A stretch of DNA of 62,934 bases, counting the filler. It is 20 parts of 20 records of this genome, joined end to end, with 100 filler letters (N's around TTAATTAATTAA, not from the genome) between each part and the next. Parts side by side here need not be neighbours in the genome. Positions count along the whole stretch, not along the records: positions 10,139 to 13,863 come from SRR16133337_8412; positions 13,964 to 16,675 come from SRR16133337_8579; positions 16,776 to 23,590 come from SRR16133337_8590; 17 more parts are not named here. One strand, 5' to 3'. The position numbers were made by a program, and so were the translations under genes. The notes beneath the pieces are model-generated. The model searched no databases, had not been told where the DNA came from, and saw only the letters and a program-made list of their open reading frames with translations. Each line of letters opens with the position of its first letter. The stretch's first letter is position 1. Shown one piece after another: positions 12,853 through 23,521 of this stretch.

Positions 12853-13693
12853 CTTACCGGAATGGCGTTGCAACTTGTGAAACCGGCGAGAAAGCAGTAC
12901 TTGCAGCAAGTATTACAATGCGCGGAAGAACTCTTATACTTGGAGATGATCACGGATATTTGATTTCAGCACCAGAATCTTTTATACCCGGTGACGTTGT
13001 TAATTTTGTCATCGAGTGTGTACAAAACTGACAACTTTTCATGAGTTTATTTGAGGGACGCCTGGACATTTTCACCTGAACATTTTTCACTGATATTTTC
13101 TTAGGGCGTTATTTTTTGTTGTTGTACATTATCGACTGCATTACACAGTAAATCCGTAATTTGCCACAAAACACACATTTTATTCACCAAGAAAAAAACA
13201 CAAACAGTAAAAAAAGAAGGAAAAAAAAGGGTAAGGTCAAATTCTGAAATTTGTCAAAATTATGCTTGTTGGAATAGAAAGGCGCAACAAATACGACTCA
13301 ATCTTGTTTTTTTTAAATTGTAGCACGCCTGTTGTATCGGGTACAAACCACAACAACGAGTCATTGAAGGTTTACATTATTTGCTACAACTTCATTTTTT
13401 TAGAGGAACCGACTCGCCTTTTACGGCGTACGTAGCACACGTGAAAGATATCGAAAGTGAACAGCGCATTGGTTACTTTACAAACATTGGTGGCGGAGTT
13501 TCTGTTCCGGTACTCACGTCATGTCATTTGAATGAAGACAACACATCTAACACCGTATGTCATTCTGAAGATTCTGATAAGTTTGAGGTGGAATTGCAGT
13601 GGCAGTCGCATAGCGATGTTTCATCAGACGTGAGAATTGATGTTTTGTTCTACAAGTTTCCGTTTTACTACATGTCTTCCAGACGAGTGGAAG
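12853..13693 (+). CDS. Reeler-domain protein, exons 12853-13015 and 13404-13693 (partial)
   Basis: AYRNGVATC...SFIPGDVVNFVIE|GTDSPFTAYVAHVKD...RIGYF...SC...NTVCHSEDSDKFEVELQWQS follows the Reeler pattern (YPxG, YxPG, IGxF, VTH, W). The phase-2 junction is consistent. Confidence 0.6.
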
Positions 13694-16600
13694 GTAAATA
13701 TGTCTTCGCTTTGGATTTTATTATTTGGTAGGTTATTTTTTACGAACAGATTTGGAGATTTGCTGTCATAAACGGACATGGATTTTTAGTTGGATATATT
13801 TCCCCCATATTTGCAACTTTTGCGCATGTCAAAAGTTTTATGTAATTTTCAGTCCGTGGTGATNNNNNNNNNNNNNNNNNNNNNNNNNNNNNNNNNNNNN
13901 NNNNNNNTTAATTAATTAANNNNNNNNNNNNNNNNNNNNNNNNNNNNNNNNNNNNNNNNNNNNAAAGCGAAAAATAGCAAATCTATCGGCAAATTGTTTA
14001 GTAAAAGGCTAAACAGCATTTACAACATTCTAATGTTTTCTCTAACAAAATTGTTTGGTCAAATATTCAGTTTTGAGGTTTGAAAAAGTGAAAAAATATT
14101 AAAACTTTGACATTTGTCAAACAGGCGAATCTCCCGAATCCCCAAAAGAATTTTTCCATATTATTACACTTACGATTGTCCAGGGAGAAGCACAACATGT
14201 ACAGTGTCAGGAGTCGTGCCATATGTATGTGCTCTCTCGTCAAGTTGCATCGCAATTTCTTCCTGTTCTGATTGCCCAACTGGAGGGGATTGAACTTGTG
14301 GCTGAAGTGTCGGAATCACACCGGAGGTTTTAGACTGATCATTTTTCCCTGTACTTACAGGAAACGAACGCGCTACCGTCTACAAAAAAAGGAAAAGTTT
14401 TCTTAATTGGTGGTGACATAACTCTTTCGGGGGTACTTAGTTAGTTAGAACATCACGGTTTCGGCATCAAAACACCACAGTGTTTTTTCTTTCTCTGTAT
14501 GTTATGCATCCTCACAACATGGCATAAGTGACAAAAATGCTCTCTGGAACACAACGAAACACCCCGATACAACTTGCTTTGGTGGAGCCACACAAGTTTT
14601 ACCCCCACCCCACACACCTCTCTCACCACCCAAAAATTGACATTGTTTTAATTCGATGCCTCACGAGAACGGCTCGGGAGTTGGTTGTGCATCAGACGAA
14701 GGTATGTCAAAGTGTTACCATTCTCGACAAAAGAATTATTGTCACATGCATTTTTTTAAAAGCTTTAATAAGTGTTTTTTCGGGTTTGAAAATACGAACT
14801 TTTTTGTGCGGATGCATGTGTGACGGGCAAAAGTTCCTCGCAATGTTTGATCATAAAAGTAAAACCTTGTCATACTTATAATTTGGTGTTCAAGTTCCAT
14901 GAATGATCTGATGAAACAACCTTACCAGAAATATCCGAGCAATTTCAACACAATGTAGAACGCAATTGATTGCTCAAAAAAAACATACAAAATAACTCGA
15001 TTGACGGCCAACCCAACTTCAAGTTCTAGGCACTTGTTTGTGAAGAGGGACGCGCCCAACCGGCCTCATAAACACTTGTTTGACATCATTCTTATAATTA
15101 CCTCAAATACAACCGCTTGTAATAAAGCATGCCCTTCAACTACTTCAACCCCCTCAATCTCATAGCCTGCAGGAGGGGGCACTGCCGCGTATGCCTTTAG
15201 CATGTTTACCCGGATCAAATCGCTAGAAAAAGCCCAAGTATTAAGTAAAACAGTAAGTTTAGGAACATGGGTCGAGCAAAAATGAAAAAATTTCAATGTG
15301 AAAGCAACGAAGCAAAGTACCAAACGGCATATTATAATAAATGTCAATTTTACACTAAAACGAAGAGCGAAAACAATTGGGATGAAAACTCCAAGTTTAG
15401 AGGCTAGAATTGCCCAAATTTAAAAGCAAATGACATTTTGGTTGTGACAGACTGTAGGAAATGCTCGACGCTCTTCATTTGTCGCGTTTGCTAGCAAAAC
15501 GCCACCAAGGAGTGAACATCAATGTATTTTCGTCTCCAATTGTTAGCTAGAGTGTTGATCGGCTTTTTTATTTTCGCTTTGTGCGGTTTCAATTGTCACG
15601 GCGAACAAACGATGTGAAATTGGTTTGTTGTGTCGTGAAATTTCGCGCTTAAAAAATGAAGTGAAAAATGTAGATCGCCGCAGCACAAGGGGTAAAAGCT
15701 GCAACGAAACAGTGGCGCCCGTGAAGTAGAAACAGACACGTAGACACTACACCACAAATAAAGTGAAAAATGCGCACTGAGGATTTGCTAGCTTCTAAAG
15801 AGTCACAACCATTGTAAATTTGAGCTCGCATAAAAAACAAAAAATACAAACAAAATTCGACGGCAGATATGAGCATTTGATTTGGTGAAACACCCAGAAC
15901 TGTAAGTTCCGTCGGCACTTTAATACCACAAATTTTTGTTCGGCACCACGGTAGTAAAAAATGCGAATTTACGCAAGCTTTGATGTTTCTTGGAAGAAAA
16001 TGCATTTGCTCCATTACTTCCACACAAGTGCTCAATTTTCCCGCCCTTGTTTGAGCATTTCTTTGTATCATACTTAGATAAATACAAGCGACGCGGCGCC
16101 AAAAACACACTAAAAATCCATTCCCCCTTTCAATTTTAGTTGGTTGGTTAGTACGAAACTCAAAATCTCCGTATTGATACGGCGGTGCTCGGGTGCTCGC
16201 GAGGCGGAGAGAACAAGCTCCGCGATCAAAAGCTCGCTAGCCGCAGCCGAAGGTACGTTTGAGCTGAATTGAAACACTTTTAAATTGAGTTTTGCGCATT
16301 AATAACTCAGCAATGACTATCAACGTCAGTTTTGATGTTTCCCCCATAACCTGCATTGAAACAAGCTCGTGTTTTCACTCGTGTGAACGTGTCCTTTGTT
16401 GTGTGTGTTTTTCACTGCTCAACACACGCACTACACCGTGTTGCATTTCCACTAAGAACAACAGCACGTGTAAGGTGAAATCGGCAAGTGCCACTCCATA
16501 ACCTAAATGGAGGTAATTTCAAACACATTGTAGACAATTGAAAATTCACCATCCACCTGCAAATGAACACACCACTGCGCTCTCTCCCAAGGGCACAGTG

Positions 16601-16775
16601 TCAATTTGCATTTTTGTCACTTTTTGTTTGATTTATTTTGTGAATTTCAAAAATATGTAGTGGACACACATTGCANNNNNNNNNNNNNNNNNNNNNNNNN
16701 NNNNNNNNNNNNNNNNNNNTTAATTAATTAANNNNNNNNNNNNNNNNNNNNNNNNNNNNNNNNNNNNNNNNNNNN

Positions 16776-16875
16776 ACATCCAGAGATTGAGACAGCTATT
16801 TTTAACGTTTGTGAACAAAGAATTCTTGAAAATCAAAAAATTCGAGAAAAAAGAAAAGCAATTTTAAATCTATAA
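16776..16875 (+). CDS. 3' end of a small phage-like hypothetical protein (truncated by contig start)
   Basis: Open frame HPEIETAIFNVCEQRILENQKIREKRKAILNL* ends 4 nt before the KilA-N ATG. Confidence 0.5.
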
Positions 16876-16879
16876 AATA

Positions 16880-17407
16880 ATGAAAGTAACCGAATTTATC
16901 TATCAAGACACACAAATTCATTTTGCTCTAAAAAATGAGGGAAATGTAATGGTCAATGCTACCGAAATGGCAAAAGCATTTGAAAAAAAAGTAGAAGCAT
17001 TTATGCGAAATGACAACACAAAATCTTTTATAAAAGAGTGTTTAAAAAGCGAGAATTCTCGCTTTTTAAATATAAAAACTGAATTAGATTTAATCGATTC
17101 TCGTCAAAAATCTGGAACCTATATGCACAGAATTTTAGCATTAAAATTTGCCGCTTGGTTAGATGCTAGTTTTGAGTTGTGGATTTTTAACACAATAGAC
17201 AACCTTATTTTTGGTCATTACAAAAAACATTGGGATGCTCATGTCCAACAAGAAATGGCTAAAGCAAGCATGGAAACTTTAAAACAACAAATGCTTACCC
17301 ATCCAACAGTAGAACATGTAGTTGCTTATTTTGAAGCCCAACAAATTTACGACACGGCGAAAAACACAAAAACAAAAGCGATTAGAAATCAATTAAAAAT
17401 GTTTTAA
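16880..17407 (+). CDS. KilA-N domain protein (phage DNA-binding/antirepressor-like)
   Basis: VMVNATEMAKAFEK...GTYMHRILALKFAAWLDASFELWI is the KilA-N signature; helical C-terminus. Confidence 0.9.
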   Translation: MKVTEFIYQDTQIHFALKNEGNVMVNATEMAKAFEKKVEAFMRNDNTKSFIKECLKSENSRFLNIKTELDLIDSRQKSGTYMHRILALKFAAWLDASFELWIFNTIDNLIFGHYKKHWDAHVQQEMAKASMETLKQQMLTHPTVEHVVAYFEAQQIYDTAKNTKTKAIRNQLKMF

Positions 17408-17477
17408 AATAAAAAACCATGGCAAAAGAAATTAAATCAACCCGATTCTTCTTATGGGAAGATAAAACACTTTTTGT

Positions 17478-17945
17478 TCAGTTGTTCGGGCTTGTATATG
17501 CTATATATATAGCTATAATAGAGAGTATTAAACCGATAACAGAAACTATGAGTGGTAACCATCTAGTTTTAGTTATCCATTTAAGGTCTTTTATTCTTAA
17601 ATTCTGTTCTAGCTTGTCTTTTTCTTTTTGTTCTAAATTTTCTTTACCTCCTTTTTGGGCTCCTAAACTCTCTATATATTGTATCCAAGGCTGCCTACGA
17701 CCAGGACCACGATCATATACTTTAAAAAGTTTTTTTGTAAAAGGGGTAATAGAATATAAAGAGTTATCATCCTTTTTTATTAAGTCCTCGTTCTCTAAAA
17801 ATTTTATTGCATCAGAACATTCTATTTTATCAGTAACAAGATTTTTATCATTACGAGCATCAACAAAATCATTAAAAATATCTAGAGATATTGGTTGTTT
17901 TTCTTTAATCAAAAAAATACTTTCTTGTACAAAATAGCGATCCAT
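17478..17945 (-). CDS. Hypothetical protein with C-terminal transmembrane helix, antisense to the phage operon
   Basis: 155 aa; charged N-terminal region (wHTH-like FLENEDLIKKD...YSIT), coiled segment, then hydrophobic WLPLIVSVIGLILSIIAIYIAY. Confidence 0.7.
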   Translation of the reverse strand: MDRYFVQESIFLIKEKQPISLDIFNDFVDARNDKNLVTDKIECSDAIKFLENEDLIKKDDNSLYSITPFTKKLFKVYDRGPGRRQPWIQYIESLGAQKGGKENLEQKEKDKLEQNLRIKDLKWITKTRWLPLIVSVIGLILSIIAIYIAYTSPNN

Positions 17946-17965
17946 AAAAACAATATTAACAAAAA

Positions 17966-17989
17966 AATCCGTAGCTACAACTACGGATT
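17966..17989. promoter_or_regulatory. Inverted repeat between the divergent genes
   Basis: AATCCGTAG-ctacaa-CTACGGATT forms a perfect 9-bp stem; operator or terminator role is unresolved. Confidence 0.45.
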
Positions 17990-18021
17990 GTAATTTTTAT
18001 TAATCAATAAACCTTAAAACT

Positions 18022-18648
18022 GTGATTAACATAAGCAAACCTACAAAATTTAACGAGTATACACAAATTGCGGGGCTAATGCCTAACGATTCTAATATAG
18101 AATTTATAGGCATCAGAAAAACAAAGCAGGTTCTTTGGCTTCAAAACGGGAGCAATCACTATTTTACAGACCTTCCAATGGCGTTTTATAATCTACTAAA
18201 AAATGCCTATTTAAAAGATCATAAGGCGATTGATTTTTTATGTGGCGTTACAGAAAATCAACATAGGCAAATTGAATTGTACACCTATTATATGTATGGA
18301 GACGCAGATACAACTCCTGATATTTCGAATAACACCCTTTCCACTTCTGAAAACTTCCGAGACACAAGGAATTGTCCTAGCCTTTTGTGGAATTCTAAAA
18401 ATATCAATATAGGCGATCACATTCTTACGCCTCGCCAGTTGGTAATCATTGACCTTATAGGCAATGATTTTCCCGATAAAGCGATAGCTACTGCTTTAGG
18501 GGTTTCTCATAAAACGTTAGATTTCCATAAAGCCAACTTGTTCAAAGCCGTAGGCGTGCCAACAAAAATGGCACTTTTAAAAATCTCTATACAACATAAG
18601 ATTATTAATACAGAAAACATAGAAAGCATCCATGAAATTGACCTTTAA
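18022..18648 (+). CDS. LuxR-type C-terminal HTH regulator with an uncharacterised N-terminal domain
   Basis: C-terminal LTPRQLVIIDLIGNDFPDKAIATALGVSHKTLDFHKANLFKAVGV is a LuxR/GerE HTH; no receiver-domain motifs are visible in the N-terminal part. Confidence 0.85.
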   Translation: MINISKPTKFNEYTQIAGLMPNDSNIEFIGIRKTKQVLWLQNGSNHYFTDLPMAFYNLLKNAYLKDHKAIDFLCGVTENQHRQIELYTYYMYGDADTTPDISNNTLSTSENFRDTRNCPSLLWNSKNINIGDHILTPRQLVIIDLIGNDFPDKAIATALGVSHKTLDFHKANLFKAVGVPTKMALLKISIQHKIINTENIESIHEIDL

Positions 18649-18711
18649 AATAGGTTAATACACGTTCTTTTTTTTAACTGAGTGAAGCACAAACGCTTCG
18701 AGATTTCTTTG

Positions 18712-18746
18712 AAACCTACCCTAATTTTAAGTAGGGTAGGTTTTTT
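18712..18746 (+). terminator. Rho-independent terminator
   Basis: AAACCTACCCTA-attttaag-TAGGGTAGGTTT followed by a T run. Confidence 0.75.
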
Positions 18747-18758
18747 AAACATTCAATT

Positions 18759-18956
18759 ATGAAAAAAAAAAACATCCCAAAAATGGTGATAAAAATAGAG
18801 TCTACAGAGCTAAACACCTATATGGTGAACAATAAAGAAGTATACCAAGACACAGATGGCAACTGGGTTACCAAGGAAGAATTTACAGTTCTTGAAACAA
18901 AGGCATGGAACCGTTATAAAAAACGCAAAATCATTAAAAAGAAAAGCCATTGCTAA
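18759..18956 (+). CDS. Small phage hypothetical protein
   Basis: 65-aa ORF in the operon just before the primase; YMVNNKEVYQDTDGNWV has a protein-like pattern. Confidence 0.6.
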   Translation: MKKKNIPKMVIKIESTELNTYMVNNKEVYQDTDGNWVTKEEFTVLETKAWNRYKKRKIIKKKSHC

Positions 18957-18981
18957 CCAATACAAAATGGATTTGTAGAGA

Positions 18982-21900
18982 ATGAGATACACAAAATCAT
19001 CAGTCCAAAGAGTTAGAGAAGCAGATATTGTTAAAACTATTGGAGAGTTTACAGAACTAAAAAAAGTAGCTAGTAATTATAAATGCTGCTCTCCTTTTTC
19101 TGACGAAAAAACACCATCTTTTACTGTCTCGCCTGTAAAACAAATATTTAAATGTTTTTCCACTGGTTTAGGAGGAGACGGAATTAAGTTTGTGATACAG
19201 CATAAATCTGTAGACTTCGTTGAAGCAGTTGAAATTATTGCAAAAATCCATAATATTTATTTAGAAAAAGAAGAAGTTACTCCAGAAATACAAAGAAAGC
19301 TAGACCAGAAAGCCGAAATGTACAATCTAACAGATAAGGCTACTAGAAGTTTTGTAAACGCTTATAAAAAATTAGATGTTAATCATTGGGCAAAAAAACT
19401 AATAGCTGAACGTCAATTTAACGATGAAAGTGGTTTAAATTTTCAAATAGGATTTAATGGCGATGATAACAAACTCACTAAATGGGCCATTGCAAATGGT
19501 ACGCTAGCAGTTAGTAAAGAGTTAGGTCTATCAAAAACCAAAAACAGCACTAGTTACGATATATTTAAGAATCGCATAATGTTTCCTATTCATAATGAAA
19601 AAGGAACCGTTGTTGGTTTTGGCGGGCGTCAATCTAACGATCCTAAGCTTGATAAAAGTTTTAAATACATCAACTCAAAAGAGAGTTTAATCTATGATAA
19701 ATCTGCGATGCTATATGGCTTATTTCAAGCAAAACACATCATTAACAAAGTAGGTTCTGTAATTCTAACAGAAGGCTATACAGATGTAATTGCTATGCAT
19801 CAAAACGGATGTGAAAATACTGTAGCATCTTGCGGAACAGCCCTAACTGATAGGCACGCTCAATTATTAAAAAAATATGCTGAAGAAGTCGTTTTATTAC
19901 GTGATGGAGATGTAGCAGGACTAAAAACAATGCTTAAAAAGAATGGAGATATTGATATTTGCTTATCTCACGGATTAAATGTTTCCATTTGCTTACTTCC
20001 AGACGGAGAAGATCCAGATACGTTTTCAAGAACACAGTTAAATATGCATACTTGGATTCATGATAATAAACATGATGCAATCCTTTACAAAGTAAATCAG
20101 TATGATGTTACACGAGATAGATATCAGTTTGATGTTGATGAATTAAACAAGTCCATAAAACTTCAAGTGAAAACTTTAGAATCTGATATTATTGACCTTA
20201 AAGATTTGCAAGATGAAGAACTGACTAAAGCAAAAGACTCTAACAAGGCAATTTTATCAGAAATAAAATCTGTTAAAAATCAAGGTGCCCAGGAACTAAA
20301 AGAATTTCAAAAAATAGATCCCGATAAAAAGTCAAGAGCAGTTACAGAAATTGCAGAAACTCTGTTTAAAATAAAACACGAAGTAAAGCGTAACGAATAC
20401 ATAAAGCAAGTTGCAAAACTTTTAAAAATAAGTGTTTCAGCATTAAAAGCAGAAATTGGGAAGTTTGAGATTAAAGAAACCGAGGCTAAAGAAAAAGATA
20501 ATAGTAAAGTTTCAATGCGCGGTGTTCAATTACCAGATGGAGCTGATAAAGAAGAATATTTAGAAGGTCATGGATTTGTAACTGTTGGAAACTCGTATTA
20601 TTTTCATAGGATCAATAGCAACATTTTTTTTCAAGGTACTACTTTTAAATTAGAGCCCTTATTTCATATACAAGGCACTAAAGAAAATAAACGCTTATGT
20701 GAAATTACCAATTTACGAGGCAAAAAGAAACTGATTGATTTTGATAGTGATATGCTAGCAAATTTCAATGAATTCAGAAAGTATCTTTTTAGAATTGGCG
20801 GGTTTATGTTCTTAACTCATAACGGTTTACGAACGGAGCATTTTGACAAGTTTGTATATCGTTTTGAAGAACAATTTGAACCAGCTTTAGAACTCTTAAC
20901 CATGGGATGGAACAGAAAAGGATTTTATGCCTTTGCTAATGGCGTGTATTGGGAAGGGAAATTTAGAGCTGTAAACAAATACGGGATTATGAATTTAGAA
21001 GGAATTGATAAAATCGAAAGCGATTACAACCAAAAAATAGACAATTACTATTCTCCTGCTTTTTCCGTAATGCATCAAGACAATCAAGAGGGCGATGATT
21101 TATATGAAAACGATCGATACTTTGTATATAAAGACGCAACTATTTCTTTAGAAGATTGGATGAAGCAAATGATTTTAGTATTTCAAGAAAAAGGTATAAC
21201 CGGCATCCTATTTAATTTCGGTGGGCTATTTAGAGATTTGTTTTTAACGCATTATGATTCTTTTCCATTATTAGGTGGTTTTGGCGAAAAAGATTCTGGA
21301 AAGTCTGGTTTTGGTAAAATATTACAGAACTTCTTTTACTATAGATTGCCTCCTGTAGATTTAACACAAACGACACACGTAGGTTTATCCAGACGATTAA
21401 GCCGAAACACAAATACCGTTCAGTTTGGCGATGAATATCAAGATAGAACTGTAAAAGAGGAAGTTGGTAACTTATTAATGGGTGCTTGGAATGGCATTGG
21501 TAGAGAAAAAGGAAAAGGAGTTGGAACCACCAGAACCAGTTTAGATAAAATAAATTCAGCTGTTTATTACGCTGGCCAGTTTATGCCTACATTTAAAGAA
21601 AATGCACTAGCTACTAGAACAATATCGCAATTCTTTTTAACTAAAAAATATACTCCAGAAGAAAAAACAAACTTTAATAAGCTATTAAATTGGACTAACT
21701 CTGGAATTAGTAGTTTAACGGTAGAAATAGTACAACATAGAACTTACTTTGAAAAAAGGTTGCCTTTGGTCCACGCCGAAACGGAGCGAAATCTAAAAGA
21801 ACTCCTAAAAAACGAGCAGTACCAAGAACGAATTTTTGGTAACGTATCTATGTTGTTTACTACCTACTCTATCTTAAAGGATAAAATTGATTTTCCTTTT

Positions 21901-22434
21901 ACTGAAGAAGAAGTAAGAAAATTATGCATCCATTTAATAATTAACAACTCAGAGCAAATTGCTGATAGTAACGGATTAACAGAGTTCTGGAGTATCATTA
22001 CTTTCTTATTCGAAACCAAACGAATTAAAAAACATCAAGACTTTGTAATAGGCAGAGACCTTTCTTTTAAAATAATTGGAGAAAAAAGAAGCGAATCACT
22101 TCACGAAAACCAAGAACGCAACCAGATACTATATTTACGCTTAAAATCGATTTATCAGTTTTATAATAAAGAAGCATCTACACGAGAAGGTGTTGATGTT
22201 ATCGGACAAACAACCATACGCCATTACTTTAAATCACGTCCATATTTTATAGGTCTTATAAAAGGAAAGCGTTTTGGAACAGCAGGAACACAAAGCTGCT
22301 ATGCTTTTAATTACACCACGATGGTTGAAAAAGGTTTAGTAACCCTAGAAGAGGACAATTCCTTATTTAAGAAACCAGAAAATCCACCTTCAGGTACAAG
22401 TAGTAACGAAGAATCCGATGATTTACCATTCTAA
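18982..22434 (+). CDS. Phage/MGE DnaG-type primase fused to a C-terminal P-loop helicase
   Basis: CHC2-like N-terminus (SPFSDEKTPSF...FKCFSTG), RIMFPI...GFGGR, KYINS, Toprim (TEGYTD, DGDVAG, PDGEDPD), Walker A GEKDSGKS, Walker B FGDEY, acidic DDLPF tail. Confidence 0.92.
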   Translation: MRYTKSSVQRVREADIVKTIGEFTELKKVASNYKCCSPFSDEKTPSFTVSPVKQIFKCFSTGLGGDGIKFVIQHKSVDFVEAVEIIAKIHNIYLEKEEVTPEIQRKLDQKAEMYNLTDKATRSFVNAYKKLDVNHWAKKLIAERQFNDESGLNFQIGFNGDDNKLTKWAIANGTLAVSKELGLSKTKNSTSYDIFKNRIMFPIHNEKGTVVGFGGRQSNDPKLDKSFKYINSKESLIYDKSAMLYGLFQAKHIINKVGSVILTEGYTDVIAMHQNGCENTVASCGTALTDRHAQLLKKYAEEVVLLRDGDVAGLKTMLKKNGDIDICLSHGLNVSICLLPDGEDPDTFSRTQLNMHTWIHDNKHDAILYKVNQYDVTRDRYQFDVDELNKSIKLQVKTLESDIIDLKDLQDEELTKAKDSNKAILSEIKSVKNQGAQELKEFQKIDPDKKSRAVTEIAETLFKIKHEVKRNEYIKQVAKLLKISVSALKAEIGKFEIKETEAKEKDNSKVSMRGVQLPDGADKEEYLEGHGFVTVGNSYYFHRINSNIFFQGTTFKLEPLFHIQGTKENKRLCEITNLRGKKKLIDFDSDMLANFNEFRKYLFRIGGFMFLTHNGLRTEHFDKFVYRFEEQFEPALELLTMGWNRKGFYAFANGVYWEGKFRAVNKYGIMNLEGIDKIESDYNQKIDNYYSPAFSVMHQDNQEGDDLYENDRYFVYKDATISLEDWMKQMILVFQEKGITGILFNFGGLFRDLFLTHYDSFPLLGGFGEKDSGKSGFGKILQNFFYYRLPPVDLTQTTHVGLSRRLSRNTNTVQFGDEYQDRTVKEEVGNLLMGAWNGIGREKGKGVGTTRTSLDKINSAVYYAGQFMPTFKENALATRTISQFFLTKKYTPEEKTNFNKLLNWTNSGISSLTVEIVQHRTYFEKRLPLVHAETERNLKELLKNEQYQERIFGNVSMLFTTYSILKDKIDFPFTEEEVRKLCIHLIINNSEQIADSNGLTEFWSIITFLFETKRIKKHQDFVIGRDLSFKIIGEKRSESLHENQERNQILYLRLKSIYQFYNKEASTREGVDVIGQTTIRHYFKSRPYFIGLIKGKRFGTAGTQSCYAFNYTTMVEKGLVTLEEDNSLFKKPENPPSGTSSNEESDDLPF

Positions 22435-22445
22435 AATATAGCACT

Positions 22446-22736
22446 ATGGCAACACTAACAGCAATGCAACCACGTCCTTATGTTTTTCCAATAGCAGTAG
22501 CCGAAACAGAATTAGTACAGGCTCTACCCGAAGATTTAAAAACCTTTACGGGTCATGATGAATTTGGAAAACCAATCTACAAATTAAGAGCAGGACTAAT
22601 TTATTGGTTAAAATCTTCTATTACAGGGCAAATAGAAGGCACTCCTTTTATAATAAAAGAAAATACAGATGCTAATCATTTAAAAGAAATGTTAGACTGT
22701 AAAATGATATGGATTTCAAAAGCTCCTTTTAATTAA
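22446..22736 (+). CDS. Phage hypothetical protein
   Basis: 96-aa ORF 11 nt downstream of the primase on the same strand. Confidence 0.7.
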   Translation: MATLTAMQPRPYVFPIAVAETELVQALPEDLKTFTGHDEFGKPIYKLRAGLIYWLKSSITGQIEGTPFIIKENTDANHLKEMLDCKMIWISKAPFN

Positions 22737-23023
22737 TGATTGGCTAACGTGAAAACCCAATTAAAAAATATTTATTTCTGCACTTGAATCAACTGGAAAG
22801 TCAGTTAATTCAAAAACTAATCAACCACCAAATGGTGGTCGAATAATTGAAAATAGAGGTAGAAACGGAATCTATTTTAAAGAAAATAGTTTCTATAATA
22901 CAACAAAGTGAAAATAAAGACGCAAAAGATTTGCTTTTAGCGTATTCTGAATTTGAGGAAGCCAAGAAGAAGAAAACAAAAGCAGTTACTTTATTTAGCA
23001 AACAAATGAGTATGGATTTATAA
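22736..23023 (+). pseudogene. Translationally coupled ORF interrupted by two in-frame TAA
   Basis: TAATG overlap with the upstream stop; the frame reads MIG*RENPIKKYLFLHLNQLESQLIQKLINHQMVVE*LKIEVETESILKK...KQMSMDL* and is followed by a terminator. Confidence 0.55.
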
Positions 23024-23050
23024 CCCACCACCCAAATTACACACACCTTT

Positions 23051-23075
23051 AAAAACCGCCCTTCAGCGGTTTTTT
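23051..23075 (+). terminator. Rho-independent terminator
   Basis: AAAAACCGC-ccttca-GCGGTTTTTT. Confidence 0.7.
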
Positions 23076-23087
23076 ACATTTCTCTTG

Positions 23088-23521
23088 GTTCAACTAGTTC
23101 AACTTACATTTTTTTCACAACCAAAGCGTTACAGAAATGTTGAACCGTTGAAACTCACGACCTAAATTCTACTTTTTTATTTTATTTCAAGCTCTCAAAA
23201 TTCATACTCACAAAATAAACAAAACCCCCAACCAAATAATAAAAAACATTTAAGGAGAAAAGTGCGAGAATTAAGCGTTCAACTGTTCAACTTTTCCAAC
23301 ACTATAGATTTTATTTATTATAACTATTTAATTATTAAAGAGTTAATATAATTTTTAACTAAAAAATCTATGTTAATTTTGTTGGAAAATGTTGAACGGT
23401 GTTTTTTGCGTTCCAACATTTTAAAGGTGCGTTCAACATAGTCCAACAGTAGCAAAAACGATAATCATTTGTCTTTCAGATATTTAATTGATTTGTTGGA
23501 AAAGTTGAACGGGAATCCAAC
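23088..23521. repeat. Iteron-like array (putative replication origin)
   Basis: About 15 copies of GTTCAAC/TTCCAAC or their complements GTTGAAC/GTTGGAA, often paired 8-10 nt apart, flank an AT-rich tract (23300-23380) downstream of the primase-helicase. Confidence 0.7.

Noticed and set aside
14270-14350. tRNA/B-box-like GTTCAATCCC on the minus strand
   Set aside because: No T-stem or cloverleaf; it lies in a probable AG/GT-bounded exon.
23088-23521. CRISPR array (GTT...AAC repeats)
   Set aside because: Repeats are only 7 nt, in mixed orientation and irregularly spaced, with no cas genes.
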